A stretch of 64,000 nt of DNA from Mobula hypostoma (taxonomy: Eukaryota), in the NCBI RefSeq assembly GCF_963921235.1, contig NC_086097.1, positions 128,528,001 to 128,592,000 on the forward strand. Reading direction: 5' to 3'. This document shows positions 13,360-26,017 of the stretch, piece after piece. The notes under the pieces are model-generated. The model saw only the letters and a program-made list of their open reading frames with translations. It had not been told where the DNA came from and searched no databases. The stretch's first letter is position 1. Every line of letters begins with the position of its first letter. Both the position numbers and the translations under genes were made by a program.

Positions 13360-14494
13360 TTAACGGAAGTTAGAGAAGACAATGTTCATGCCATCAGGTT
13401 GGAGGCTACCCAGATGGAATATAAGGTGTGGCTTCATCTTGACAGTAGAGGAGGCCGTGGATAGACATATCAGAATGGGAATGGGACGTGGAATTAAGAT
13501 GTGTGGCCACTGGAAGATCCTGCTTTCTCTGGCGGACAGAGCATAGGTGTTCATCGAAACGGTCTCCCAGCCTGCGTCGGGTCTCGCCAATATATAGAAG
13601 GCCGCATCGGGAGCACCGGATGAAGTATATCACCCCAGCTGACTCACAGGCGAAGTGTTGCCTCACCTGGAAGGACTGTCTGGGGCCCTGTATGGTGGTG
13701 AGGGAGGAAGTGTAAGGGCATGTGTAGCACTTGTTCCGCTTACAAGGATAAGGGCTGGGAGAGAGATTGCTGGGAATGGATGGGGGGACGAATGGACAAG
13801 GGAGTCGTGTAGGGAGCGATCCCTGCAGAAAGCAGAGAGAGGGGTGGAGGGAAAGATGTGCTTAGTGGTGGGATCCCGTTGGAGGTGGCGGAAGTTACGG
13901 GGAATTATATGTGGGACCCGGAGGCTGGTGGGATGGTTGGTGAAGACAAGGGGAACTTTATTCCTAGTGGGGTGGCGGGAGGATGGGGTGAGAGCAGATG
14001 TGCATGAAATGGGAGAGATGCGTTTGAGAGCAGAGTTGATGGTGGAGGAAGGGAAGCCCCTTTCATTAAATAAGGAGGACATCTCTTTCGTCCTGGAATG
14101 AAAAGCCTCATCCTGCGAGCAGATGCGACGGAGACGGAGGAATTGCGAGGAGGGGATGGCATTTTTGCAAGAGACAGGGTGAGAAGAGGAATGGTCCAGG
14201 TAGCTGTGAGAGACCGTGGGCTTATAGTAGACGTCAGTAGATAAGCTGTCTCCAGAGATAGAAACAGAAAGATCAAGAAAGGGGATGGAGGTGTCGGAAA
14301 TGGACCAGGTAAACTTGAGAGCAGGGTGAAAGTTGGAGGCAAAGTTAATAAAGTCGACGAGCTCAGCATACGTGCAGGAAGCAGCGCCAATGCAGTCGCC
14401 AATGTAGCGAAGGAAAAGCGGGGGACAGATACCAGTATAGGCTTGGAACAGGGATTGTTCCACAACGCCAACCAAAAGGCAGGCATAGCTGGGA
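13360..14494 (-). pseudogene. PLE RT C-half, linker and GIY-YIG endonuclease (disrupted)
   Basis: FLRYIGDC, VYYKPT, RLRRICS, IRCSRCGLLYIGETRRRLGDRF spread over several frames. Confidence 0.9.
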
Positions 14495-16986
14495 GACGCT
14501 CCATCTTCCTTTCACCCCAACTCTCCCCTCTCCACTGACACCCCCAGCCTCCCCCCTGCCCCCTCTGATCCTCGCTCTCAAGATTCCAGACTTGAAGGCC
14601 AGGCTGGGTCTTCACATGCTGCTATTGTGACTCCCGTCTCCGCTTCCCCCACCACCACTCTGCAACCTCATCTCCCTCACATTCCATCAGCTACTCCTGG
14701 GCCCTCGAAGGCTCCTTCTTCCCCTCACCCCAACCCTCCCCTCTCCATTGACAACCCCAGCCTCCCTCTCCCTCCCCCCTCTGATCCCACTTCTCATCTG
14801 TGCCAGAGGCCTCTATCATCCCCTCCGACCTTCAACCGTCAGAGGCTCTGTCTTCAGTAAGGGCCTCACCTTTGTTCCCCTTCGCCTACACCTCAGCGAG
14901 TACCGTGTTCGCCATGACGCTGAACTCTTCTTCTGTTGGCTCCGCCTTCGAGCCTACTTCTTCAGCAAGGACTCTCCCACCCCCACTGATGACTCCTCCT
15001 CCCGTCTTCAACCGTCCTCCTCTTCATGGACACCCCGCTCTGGTCTTCTGCCTGCTCTGGATCTCTTTATTGCTAACTGCCGACGGGACATCAACTGTCT
15101 CGACTTCACCGCAGCTTGTTCCCGTTCCAACCTCACTCCTTCCGAACGCTTCGCTCTCCACTCCCTCTGCACTAATCCTAACCTTACTATTAAACCCGCC
15201 GATAAGGGGGGCGCTGTTGTAGTCTGGCGTACTGACCTCTACCTTGCTGAGGCACAGTGACAACTCGCGGATACCTCCTCTTATTTACCCCCTGATCATG
15301 ACCCAACTAAGGAGCACCAGGCCATTGTCTCCCACACCATCACCAACTTTATCCGCTCAGGGGATCTTCCATCCACTGCTACCAACCTTATAGTTCTCAC
15401 ACCCCGCACTTCACGTTTCTATCTCCTACCCAAGATCCATAAACCTGCCTGTCCTGGCAGACCTATTGTCTCAGCTTGCTCCTGCCCCACCTGACTCATT
15501 TCTGCATACCTCGACATGGTTTTATCCCCCCTTGTTCAATTCCTTCCTACCTATGTTCATGACACTTCTCACGCTCTGAATTTTTTCGATGATTTTAAGT
15601 TCCCTGGCCCCCACTGCTTTATTTTCACCATGGATGTCCAGTCCTTATATACTTCCATCCCCCATCAGGAAGGTCTCAAAGCTCTCTGCTTCTTTTTGCA
15701 TTCCAGACCTAATCAGTTCCTCTCTACCACCACTCTGCTCTATCTAGCGGAAATAGTCCTTACTCTTAATAATTTCTCCTTTGGTTCCTTCCACTTCCTC
15801 TAAACTAAAGGTGTAGCCATGGGCACCCGTATGGGTCCTAGCTATGCCTGCCTTTTTGTTGGCTTTGTGGAACAGTCCATCTTCCAAGCCTATACTAGTA
15901 TCGGTCCCCCACTTTTCCTTCACTACATCGACGACTGCATTGGCACTGCTTCCTGCATGCATGCTGGGCTTGTTGACTTCATTAACTTTGCCTCCAAATT
16001 TCATCCTGCCCTCAAGTTTACCTGGTTCATTTCTGACACCTCCTTCCCCTTTCTTGATCTTTCTGTTTCTCTCTCTGGAGACAGCTCATCTACTGATGTC
16101 TACTATAAGCCGACAGACTCTCACAGCTACCCGGACTATTCCTCTTCTCACCCTGTCTCTTGCAAAAATGCCATCCCCTTCTCGCAATTCCTCTGTCTCC
16201 GCCGCATCTGCTCTCAAGATGAGGCTTTTCATTCCAGGACGAAGGAGATGTCCTCCTTTTTTAAAGAAAGGGGCTTCCCTTCCTTCACCATCAACTCTGC
16301 ACTCAAACGCATCTCTCCCATTTCACGCACATCTGCTCTCACCCCATCCTCCCGCCACCCCACTAGGAACAGTGTTCCCTTTGTCCTCACCTACCATCCC
16401 ATCAGCCTCCAGGTCCAACATATAATTCTCCGTAACTTCCACCATCTCCAACGGGATCCCACCACTAAGCACATCTTTCCCTCCCCGCCTCTGCTTTCTG
16501 CAGGGATTGCTCCCTACGCGACTCACTTGTCCATTCGTCCCCCCATCCCTTCCCACCGATCTTCCTCCTGGCATTTATCCTTGTAAGCGGAACAAGTGCT
16601 ACACATGCCCTTACACTTCCTCCCTCACCACCATTCAGGGCCCCAGACAGTCCTTCCAGGTGAGGTGACTCTTCACCTGTGAGTCGACTGGGGTGATATA
16701 CTGCGTCCGGTGCTCCCGATGTGGCCTTCTATATATTGGCGAGACCCGACACAGGCTGGGAGACCATTTCGCTGAACACCTAGGCTCTGTCCACCAGAGA
16801 AAGCAGGATCTCCCAGTAGCCACACATTTTAATTCCACGTCCCACTCCCATTCTGATATGTCTATCCACGGCCTTCCCCGCTGTCAAGATGAAGCCACAC
16901 TCAGGTTGGTGGAACAACTCCTTATATTCTGTCTGGGTAGCCTCCAACCTGATGGCATGAATATTGACTTCTCTAACTTCCGTTAA
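14495..16986 (+). pseudogene. PLE RT and GIY-YIG ORF, 5'-truncated, with stops and frameshifts
   Basis: KGLTFVP, IKPADKGGAVVV, MDVQSLYTSIP, MGTRMGPSYA, YIDD at 15924-15935, CVRCSRCGLLYIGET. Confidence 0.93.
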
Positions 16987-17027
16987 TGTCCCACCTCCTC
17001 TTCATACTCCATCTGTTATTTATTTAT

Positions 17028-17060
17028 TCTCTCTCTCTCTCTCTTGCTCTCTCTCTCGCT

Positions 17061-17097
<37 letters not shown>

Positions 17098-17150
17098 CCC
17101 CCTTTCCCTCTCTCCCTTCCCCCTCCTCCTCCCCTCCCCCTCCCTCCCCT
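17028..17150 (+). repeat. (CT)n/polypyrimidine expansion inside the PLE pseudo-LTR
   Basis: Visible CT repeats, much longer than in sibling copies. Confidence 0.9.
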
Positions 17151-17371
17151 TTTTCTCCCGCTGTCCCTCTCACTATACTCCTTGCCCATCCTCTGGACTT
17201 ACCCCCTCCCCCTTTCTTTCTCCCTAGGCCTCCCGTCCCATGATCCTCTCATATCCCTTTTGCCAATCTACTAACCAGCTCTTGGCTCCATCCCTCCCCT
17301 TCCTGTCTTCTTCTATCATTTCGGACCTCCCCCTCCCACTTTCAAATCTCTTACCATCTCTTCTTTCAATT

Positions 17372-17407
17372 AGTCCTGACGAAGGGTCTCGGCCCGAAAC
17401 ATCATCT
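17372..17407 (+). ncRNA. Hammerhead motif, 3' side decayed
   Basis: AGTC-CTGACGA-AGGGTCTCGGCCC-GAAACATC-ATCT. Confidence 0.65.
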
Positions 17408-18279
17408 GTACCTCTTCCTATAGATGCCTTCTGGCCTGCTGTGTTCACCAGCTATTTTTATGTGTGTATATTGATTTTAACTTCGGCCTCTCAAGCTGCA
17501 AGGTGAGTTCTATCATATTATGATCATTGCACTCGAGGATTTCTTTACCTTATGCTCCCTAATCAAACCTAGTTCAATGCACAAAGCCAAATCAGAATTG
17601 CATTTTTTCGGGCGGGCTCTATCAGAAGCTGTTCTAAAAAGCCACCTTTCCTCATCTTTCCCACAGCTCCCACTGTCAATCTCACAGACAGCAACAATCA
17701 TAGACCTGTTGGACAAGCACAAGAGCTAAGGCTCCTCCAGTACTATCACTTGGATCTGCCTACCTTGCTCACTCACAGTCACACCCTCTTGTCCCTGGCC
17801 ACAGACTAAATTTCAGTTGTTAATGGGTGTTACTGCCTCCTGAAACACAGTGTCCATGTAACACTCTCCCTCCCTGATGCATCAGAGTGTTTGAAGTTCA
17901 GATTCCAGGTCATCAACTTCGAGCCTGAGTTCCTCAAGCAACCAACACTTGCTGCAGATGTGGTCACCAGGAACCACAGTGGGGTCCACCAGCTCCCACA
18001 TCATGTAGCTACAACACATCACCTGATCGTGCATCCCTACTTTATTCAGTTAATTATAATATGGTGTATTTTTATTGAACTATATAAAAACACTACCTGT
18101 TCTTACTTGCTACTCAACTGTGCCTCTCTGCCGATGCCTCTTGAGCCAAAGCAAGTTCCCAGTTCTGCACTGGCAATGTCCATACTGCCAGATTGTCGCA
18201 GCCAGGTAAAAAGCAGGCTGTTTTGTCCTGGATGGGGTCAAGATCCTTGAGAATTGTTGACACTGCACTCATCCAGGCA

Positions 18280-18797
18280 AGAGGAGAATATTATATCATT
18301 TAGACAATGGCTACATTTCATTAGGATTTTGAAGAGATATGGTTTGTCACCTAAGATACTCAAAAACTTCTATAGATATACTGTGGAGAGCATTCTGATA
18401 GGCTGCACCACTCATCACTGTTTGGTATTGGGGTGGTGGGGGGAGGCTACTGCACGGGACCCGGGACCAAAGGAAGCTACAGAAAGTTGTAAAGTTAGTC
18501 CGCTCCATCATGGGTACTGGGCCTCCGTAATAATCAAGACATCTTCAAGGAGCAGTGTCTCAGAAAGGCAACATCGACTATTAAGGACCCTCATCACCTA
18601 GGGCATGCCCTCTTCCCATTGTTACCGTCAGGAAGGAAGTACAGAAGTTTGACAGCACACACTCAGTGATTTAGAAACAGCTTCTTCCCCTCTGCCTTCT
18701 GATTCCTAAATGGACGTTGAACCCATGAACACTACCTCACTTTATATATATCTCTTCTGTTTTTGCACTATTTTAATCTATTACAAACACACACACA

Positions 18798-18857
<60 letters not shown>

Positions 18858-18950
18858 CATATTTACTGCAATTTATTTATTTATTCTTTCTATATTATCA
18901 TTTATGCTGCTGCTAATCTGACAAATTTCACAACACAACCTGATTCTGAT
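18280..18950 (+). mobile_element. Rex1/Babar-like LINE 3' fragment
   Basis: RQWLHFIRILKRYGLSPKILKNFYRYTVESILIGC; (CTGATT)n tail. Confidence 0.8.
18788..18851 (+). repeat. (CA)n microsatellite
   Basis: Direct reading. Confidence 0.97.
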
Positions 18951-18969
18951 TCCAGTGACTCGTGTCTTA

Positions 18970-19083
18970 TGCACAAAGTAATCTGCAGATACAGTCCTGA
19001 TGAAGGGTTCCAGCCCGAAACGTCGACCAATCTTTTCCACGGATGCTGCCCGACCTGCTGAGTTCCTCCAGCGTGTTGTGAGT
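18970..19083. mobile_element. 114-bp inverted mini-PLE with hammerhead at 18993-19028
   Basis: ~21 nt antisense terminus, then AGTC-CTGATGA-AGGGTTCCAGCCC-GAAACGTC-GACC; probable TSD GTGACTCGTGTCTTA (18955-18969) / GTGATCCATGTCTTA (19084-19098). Confidence 0.75.
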
Positions 19084-19291
19084 GTGATCCATGTCTTACG
19101 TTTGGTGGAAATTCTACCAGAATATCAGAAAATTAGTTACTTGCCATGGGATGACCTGTTTTCATATTCATGCCATCCATTGAGCCCAACATACTTGGTC
19201 ATTTGGTCAACCATGCCCACCAGATGGTAGTGTTCTCCAGAGTTATTGGATATCATCACTCTACTGTTGGAACTACATGGTAGGAGTCTTA

Positions 19292-19989
19292 AGGCTAATT
19301 TATACTTCTGCGTAGTAGCCTACGCTGTTGTGAACATTTATACTTGTGCGTTGGTGTGTCTGCGTCTCTCTGCAATTCGTCGCCAAAATGCTAGTTGGCG
19401 GTGGGGTTTCTACGCCACTGTGTTTCAACACAAAGAAACTCAAACTTCAAACAATGGCGACTGAAACTGAAGGAGGGTGAATTTTCTGTGCTTGTCCGGC
19501 CACTGAGAGACATGGACGAGGAAATGCATTTCAAATATTTTCAGATGTCGGCAGGTAGATTTGACGATTTGGTTCATTGTCTCCAACCATTTATTTCGCA
19601 TCAGTGTACGCACAGTATACTCAGAGACTGGCAATCACCATTTGAGTTTTAGCTTCAGGTGGAAGTCAACAGGCTGTAGCAGCTAGCTACAAGCTGGTGT
19701 CAAGTACAGAGTCCCCCATAATTTCAGAGGTCTGTAAAGCTTTATGGAAAGCATTGCAGTCAGAGTTCCTCCCCTGCCCTTCAGTCGCCCAATGGGAAGC
19801 TATTGCAGCGTAGGAGGAAATGCGATGCTACCAAGCGGACCAATCACAGCTGTCGTGGTCTGCAACGCCGCGACATGTAGTTACATTTTTGGGGAGGTGC
19901 GTGTCAGGCTATGGCATAGGGTACAGCGTAGGGTACGTGGCTACGCCGTACCTACGGCGTAGATTTGATGCTGAAGTATAAATTGGCCT
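19292..19989 (+). mobile_element. PIF/Harbinger non-autonomous deletion derivative
   Basis: TIRs AGGCTAATTTATACTTCTGCGT / AGGCCAATTTATACTTCAGCAT (reverse complement); TTA TSD at 19289-19291 and 19990-19992; transposase relic [28 protein letters not shown]. Confidence 0.92.
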
Positions 19990-20300
19990 TTATTTGCCAC
20001 TCATCAACCCTTGCTTCATTGTTTGCTGCATGTACCTAGGGAGTGGATTTTCCTGGGGAGCAATTGGACATGTTGGGTGAGTGACTTATTGTCTGCAAGC
20101 CCTTCAGAACACCTTTATGGGATTAGGCAATAGCAGAGCGTTGACGAGAACAATTATGTTTCTGCCACTGCTTCATAAACTGGTTAAGCTGCCCCTCTTT
20201 ACTTCAAAACTGTTAAAAGAATGTCTCTGAATAGAAAAAACACAATTATAGGATTCAACTATTTTAAATGATTCATACTTAAAGCTTTTAAATATATTTG

Positions 20301-20484
20301 AAACTTGAGAAATTCTGCAGATGTTGGAAATTCAAGTCAGCATACACAAAATGCTGGAGGAACTCAGTAGGTCAGGCAGATCTATGGAAATGAATAAGCG
20401 AACAGTCCTGAAGAAGGGTCTCGGCCCAAAACGTCCACTGTTGTTTCATTTCCATTCATGCTGCTTGACCTGCTGAGTTGCATC
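20301..20484. mobile_element. 184-bp palindromic mini-PLE whose loop is a decayed hammerhead (20404-20439)
   Basis: Antisense terminus 20301-20407, then sense CTGAAGA-AGGGTCTCGGCCC-AAAACGTC; TSD AA(A/G)TATATTTG at 20290-20300 and 20485-20495. Confidence 0.82.
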
Positions 20485-21084
20485 AAGTATATTTGATTTT
20501 ATGTTTCAAAGTACTTAGTTAATTACTATGAATTTCATGGAATGCTATGCTTCTCTATCTCACTGCCTTTGCTCTCTATTGTAAGGAATGGGGTTACCAA
20601 AACTTTGCTTATTCTGTCCTATTGCAGATTCAGCAGGCAGACTTCCCAGTGTAGTGGCTGGGAAGCTGCCAAATATTGCTGGGAGTCTCATGAACTGCTG
20701 GATTTTCTGACAGTCCACTAGCGGAATGCGATTGGAATGACAGGTACAAGCACTTCTCAGGAAGTTTGCATTCACATTCAAATGAGTGGATCTCTGAAGA
20801 AGATTTTATAACTGGCCATCAAGTTAACCTTATAGTTAACTATGCTTTATCAAGCTGCATGACACACAGTTACCCACAAATTCTGTCATCAGACACATGT
20901 AAATGGCAATACTAGCCCATTCTACTTTGATCCATGTCTAACTTAAGACTATCTAAAAAAATTTTCTCTCTTTTTAGAAGGGACCTTAAAACAGTTGATA
21001 ATAAATGCATTAGGTAATGAAAAACAGAAACACTGAAGTACAAATCCATTAAATGTCAATAATTATCCAGCAAATAAGTAGGCT

Positions 21085-24000
21085 TATAATTCAAAATTCA
21101 AAGTTCAAAGTGAATTTATTATTGAAGTATGTATGCAGAATGTCACCATATACTACCCTGAGATTTAATTTCTTGCAGGCATTCACAGTAGGTACAAAGA
21201 AACACAATAGAATTAATGAAAAACTACACACAAAGAGGTTGGACAAACAACCAACGTGTAGTAGAAGGCAAACAGCAAATACAAAAATAAGTAAATAAAT
21301 AAATGAATAAATGTCCACAATCATCTCTTTGGTCTTGTCCACATTGAGAACCTGAGTTGCAGAAACCTTGAAAATGAGCCCATTCGTTGTGAAATCAGTT
21401 CAGCATTGAGATGAGTGAAGTTATCCACACAGGTTCGGGAGTTTGATGGTTAAAGTGTAATAACTTTTCCGGAACTTGGGAACTAAGGCTCAGTACCTCC
21501 TTCCCGATAGCAGCAGCAAGAAGAAAGCATGGCCTGGCTAGTAGGGGTCCATGGTGATGGATGCTGTTTTCTTATGGCAATGTTCCTTTTAGATGTGCTC
21601 AAAGGTGGGGAGGGCATTTTCCTGTGACAGACTGAACTGTATCCATTACTCTTTGTAGGCTTTTCCATTCACGGGTGTTGGTATTTCCATACCAGGCCAC
21701 AACGTAACCGGTCAGGATACTCTCTATTGTACATCTATAGAAGTTTGTCAACGTTTTAAATGGCATGCCGAATCTGCACAAACGTCTAAGAAAGTAGTAG
21801 CGCTGCACACACACTTTTCGTCCCTCTTCCCTCCGGGAGAAGGCTCAGGAGCTTGAAGACTCGTACGGCCAGATTTGGGAACAGCTTCTTTTCAACTGTG
21901 ATAAGACTGCTGAACGGATCCTGACCCGGATCTGGGCCGTACCCTCCAAGCATCCGGACCTGCCTCTCGGTTTTTTTGCACTACCTTACTTTCCATTTTT
22001 CTATTTTCTATTTATGATTTATAATTTAAATTTTTAATATTTACTAATTTTTACGATTTTTAATATTTAATATTTGTAATCCCAGGAGCGGGAAGCACAG
22101 AATCAAATATTGCTGTGATGATTGTATGTTCTAGTATCAATTGTTTGGCGACAATAAAGTATAATGGTGCTTATTTGTTCTGGTCCCAGAACTGACCCTC
22201 AAATTGAACAACACCAAGGAATTTGAAGTTACTGATCTTCTCCACCTCCGATCCCCTGATAAGAACTGGCTCACGGATTTCCGGTTTCCTCCTCCTGCAG
22301 TCAATAATCCTTTCTCTGGTTTTGCAAACATTGAGTGAGAGGTTGTGCTGTGGTACCATTCAACCAGATTTTCAATCTCCCTCCTACATGTTGACTTGTC
22401 ACCACTTTTGATTCGGCCAACAACAGTGGTGTTGCCAGCAAACTTGAATATGGCATTGGAGCCGCACTTAGCCTCACAGCTATACGCATAAAGCACGCAG
22501 AGCAGGAGTCTGAGCATACAGCCTCGTGGTGCAACTGCGCTGTTTTTAATTGTAGAGGAGATGTTGCCAATCCAAACTGACTAGGGGTCTGCAAGTGAGG
22601 AAAGCAAAGATCCAGTTGCACAAGGTCTTGGAGTTTATTGATCAGTTTTGATGGGTTGAATCAAGCGTTCCCAACTGTTTCCGCGGAGGAGCCATTTATG
22701 TGCAGTGAGGAGTGGGTCAGCCTGCTGTTTTCCAAAGTCCACAATCATCTCTTTGGTCTTGCCCATGTTGAGATGCAAATTATTGTGATCACATCATCAT
22801 TTTACCCGCCACGCTACCTGCCCTCTGTGCGCCATCTCATCATCGTTGCTGACGGGGCCAATCACTATCCTGCCATCAGCAAACTTGATTATACAGATAG
22901 AATTGGATCTAGCAATGTGCTCATGCATCAACATTATGAACAGCAGTGAGCTGAGCACACAGCCCTGGCTAGGGTGGGTCCAGTGCTCAGCTTAATGGAG
23001 CTAGACATGCTTCTGCCAACAAAGACTGACTGTGGCCTTCCTGTGAAGAAGTCCAAGATCCTGTTCCAGAGAGAGGTGTTGAGACCCAACAAGGATAATT
23101 TACCCATCTACTTCTGAGGGATGATCATATTAAATGCCAAGCTCAAATTGATAAACAGTTTCCTGGTATATGAAGCACCATTTTCCAGGTGGAACCGAGT
23201 GGAGTGGAGTGCAGAGTCTCTGGCATCATCAGTGGACCCATTTGAGAGATAAGTGAAGTGGGAAGAGTCCAATGTAGCAGGAAGATGCGATTTAATGCGA
23301 TCAATAACCAGCTGCTCGAAGCACTTCATTATTGTTGAGGTTAGTGCCACTGGACGGAGTTGTTAAGGCAGGTTACTGTCGCCCTCTTGGGCACTGGGTC
23401 ACGGTACCTACTTTTAAGTGTGCAGGGACAGTGGACAGTTCCAGAGACATGTAGAAGGTGTCTGTTAGAACTTCTTGCTGACCCGAGAGCTGCCCTATCC
23501 CGTGATCTGAAGGCAGCATCCTGATCTCTCAGCCATACCCGGACCCCTACTGTCAGCCTTGGCTTCTGGATGGTCCTCACATAGATGTCTTTAATAATGG
23601 TAACATACTCAATGCACTGTTCTATATGGCCAGCCTCATATCTCACATATACAGCGATGTTAATGCCATGGTCATAGGTATCCACCTGTCTGAATGTATT
23701 CCAGTCCGTGTTTTCAAAACAGTCCTACGATGTTGAGGTTCTCCTTCCGGCCATGTCTGTATCTCCTTTTGAACTGGTTTGACTCATTTAATCAGTGGTC
23801 CATATTAGCATAACAGATAAGTGGTTAGAATATCTGAGGTGGGGGTAGAGAGCAGCTTCACATGTACCAGGTAATGTTGGTATGAACTAGGTCTAATGTG
23901 TTTTCACCTCTGGTAGCAAAGTCAACATGCTGATAGAACTTAGGCAGGACCATTTTTAAGTTAGCATGGTTGAAGTCGCCAGCAGCATTAAAGAAATCAT

Positions 24001-24715
24001 CAGGGTGTGTGACTTGGAGGATACTAATGGCACTGTAGAGCTCAAACAGCATTATCATGGGGATGTGGGGGATGTATACAGCTGCAGTCACATTAGCAGT
24101 AAACTCCCTCAGTAAACAGAACTGTACTTCACTGTTAAGAACTCTGCCAGAGTCACCATCCTCTCAAAGTGCTTCATCACAGTGGATGCAAGCATTACTG
24201 GATGACAGTCACTGAGGCCAGTTACCACATTCTTGGGCACTAAAGCCTGCTTGAAGCAGGTGAGTACCTCAAGCTACTTAGGTGAGAGATTAAAGACAAT
24301 CATATTCAGCCATTTGATTAGCACAGGTCTTCAGTACTCGATCAGGTCCACCATCTGAGCCAGATGCTCTCTGTGGGTTCATCCTACTGAAGGGCGTTCT
24401 CATGTCAGCCTCAGGGACTGAAATCACAGGGTCATTGGGGATTGTGGGAGTTTGTGAAGATGCCTCCATGTTCTGTTGGTCAAAACAAGTGTAAAAGGCA
24501 TTGTGCTCCTTTGGGAGCAAAACCTCATTGTCAAGTATACTGCCTGATTTCACCTTGTAGAAGGTGAGAGATTTCAAGCCATGTCACAGCTGTCGAGCAT
24601 CCTTCAATGATTCAAATTTGGTCTGGAATTGCCACTTCATATGTGAGATGGCTTTCTGGAGGTCGTACCTGGACCTCTTGTACTTTTCTTGTTCACCAGA
24701 CCTGAACCACACCAA
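21085..24715 (-). mobile_element. Cluster of Rex1/Babar-like LINE fragments (mostly minus; a plus-strand 3' end at ~21812-22163)
   Basis: QRYYFLRRLCRFGM, IFKFAGNTTVVG, ALTSTIMKCFEQL, AGDFNHANL..ATRGENTLDLV; (TTCAAAG)n tail near 21097. Confidence 0.82.
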
Positions 24716-25139
24716 TTTAGCCTATTCTATACTGTTATTAATACATTTGTATACATAGTTTGAAAGTGGCGGGGCATATTCTATCAGTAAATGAGAGAAA
24801 AACATAATCTCAACAGATTTCCAACATCATAGGGAACTTGCAGCGGCATTACATGGAATATGTTACCAAGATTAATTTCACAAATAACTTCAAAAAATTG
24901 TTAATTTAAAATGCTGGACCATAAATTCCAATGGGCTCTTCAGGTCTGTTAGATAACTACATTATTAATCAGTATTAATAAACCAGGCAAATAACTTTGA
25001 AAATTTTCTCTTTTCTTTCCCCCACTCCCATTCTTACGAAAATAGAGCCATAGTTATACAGCACAAAAACAGATCCCACATCCCATCTAATCCATGCAGT
25101 CAAAGCACTGTGCATTGTTAATCTATATTAACTCCACTT

Positions 25140-25386
25140 TGGATGGACGTAACTCTGACTGCAGAAGGAGGAAGGTTGGGCCTGGGGCTAGAAACCCCAT
25201 CCCATAAAATCCCAGAGCTGCAGAAATATTATCAGCAGCTCCAAAGACCTCATCCCTCGGAGAGGAGGGATCTTCACCTCGAAGACACCTGAGGACAACT
25301 TGAAAGAGTGGCCCAGTACAGAGGACTCTGGTGAGCTGCTGTCGGTGGCCTATGCCCCAGCTGGAATGATGGGACAAAGTAAGTAA
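25140..25386 (+). mobile_element. Short RTE-derived non-autonomous element
   Basis: 3' part reads AQYRGLW*AAVGGLCP like RTE C-termini, with an (AAGT)n tail; 5' part GGTTGGG..GGGCTA..AACCCC..CC.TAAAA resembles RTE 5' ends. Confidence 0.55.
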
Positions 25387-26017
25387 CTAATCTATATGCC
25401 AAATACATTCACTTGTGGTCAATAAGTTAATAAAAAGACCTTCCCCCCACCCACACTCCTACAAACAAGTGAAAATCAATCCATTCATTTTCAACACATG
25501 CACCATTAACACTACTTGTGACACTGCAAAGGAAAATTACATTCACCTTTGATGAGCAATGTCACTTTCTAATAGTGCCTTTCAATCTAAATGCCTCAAA
25601 ACAAAATTACTCTTTCAAGGAAGTTTATTAATTCTGAAACCATGGCATAGACCTAAAACCGTGAACAAGAACAGCCTACAACAGTTAAAAAGGGCCACCA
25701 AGAATATGCTGTTAAAATCAGTGTTCTTCCAGTCAATATATCTTTCCAGTGCATGGACTTGGGTTGCTGTTGCCATTCTGAATGTTCCTTCTCATTTTTA
25801 AGCAGGTAAAGCCAAGGATTTTTCAGAGCCACTGGAGCTACTGAATCTTTTCAAGGTAGGTTTCAGACTGGCTTTTTTTCTCTGTAATGATTCTCTGGAT
25901 TAGCTGACTATTCATCAATCAACTTTGCCCTGGTCACCTTGAGTGTTTTTAGGAGGTAAGCCAGTCTTTGCAGAATACTGGGCCTCTAATTTGGTTAAAT
26001 AGATCAAGTCTATCAAG

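Larger units (their letters stand above)
12921..17465. mobile_element. Composite inverted Neptune-type PLE insertion (minus arm 12921-14494, plus arm ~14495-17465), 15-bp TSD
   Basis: GTATATTGATTTTAA at 12906-12920 and 17466-17480; the minus arm is the reverse complement of 15836-17465 plus ~40 nt of extra terminus. Confidence 0.93.
12040..18200 (-). mobile_element. Internally deleted CR1 LINE hosting the 4.5-kb inverted PLE
   Basis: ORF 12297-12572 QRDLGVLV..LVRPHLEYC; (GACCATAA)n tail near 12048-12060; CR1-like sequence continues after 17480; ORF1-like CSYMMWEL..HICSKCW near 17940-18012. Confidence 0.8.

Noticed and set aside
12921..17465. DNA transposon or DIRS-type element with long terminal inverted repeats
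   Set aside because: The arms are PLE RT/GIY-YIG sequence; no transposase or tyrosine recombinase is present.
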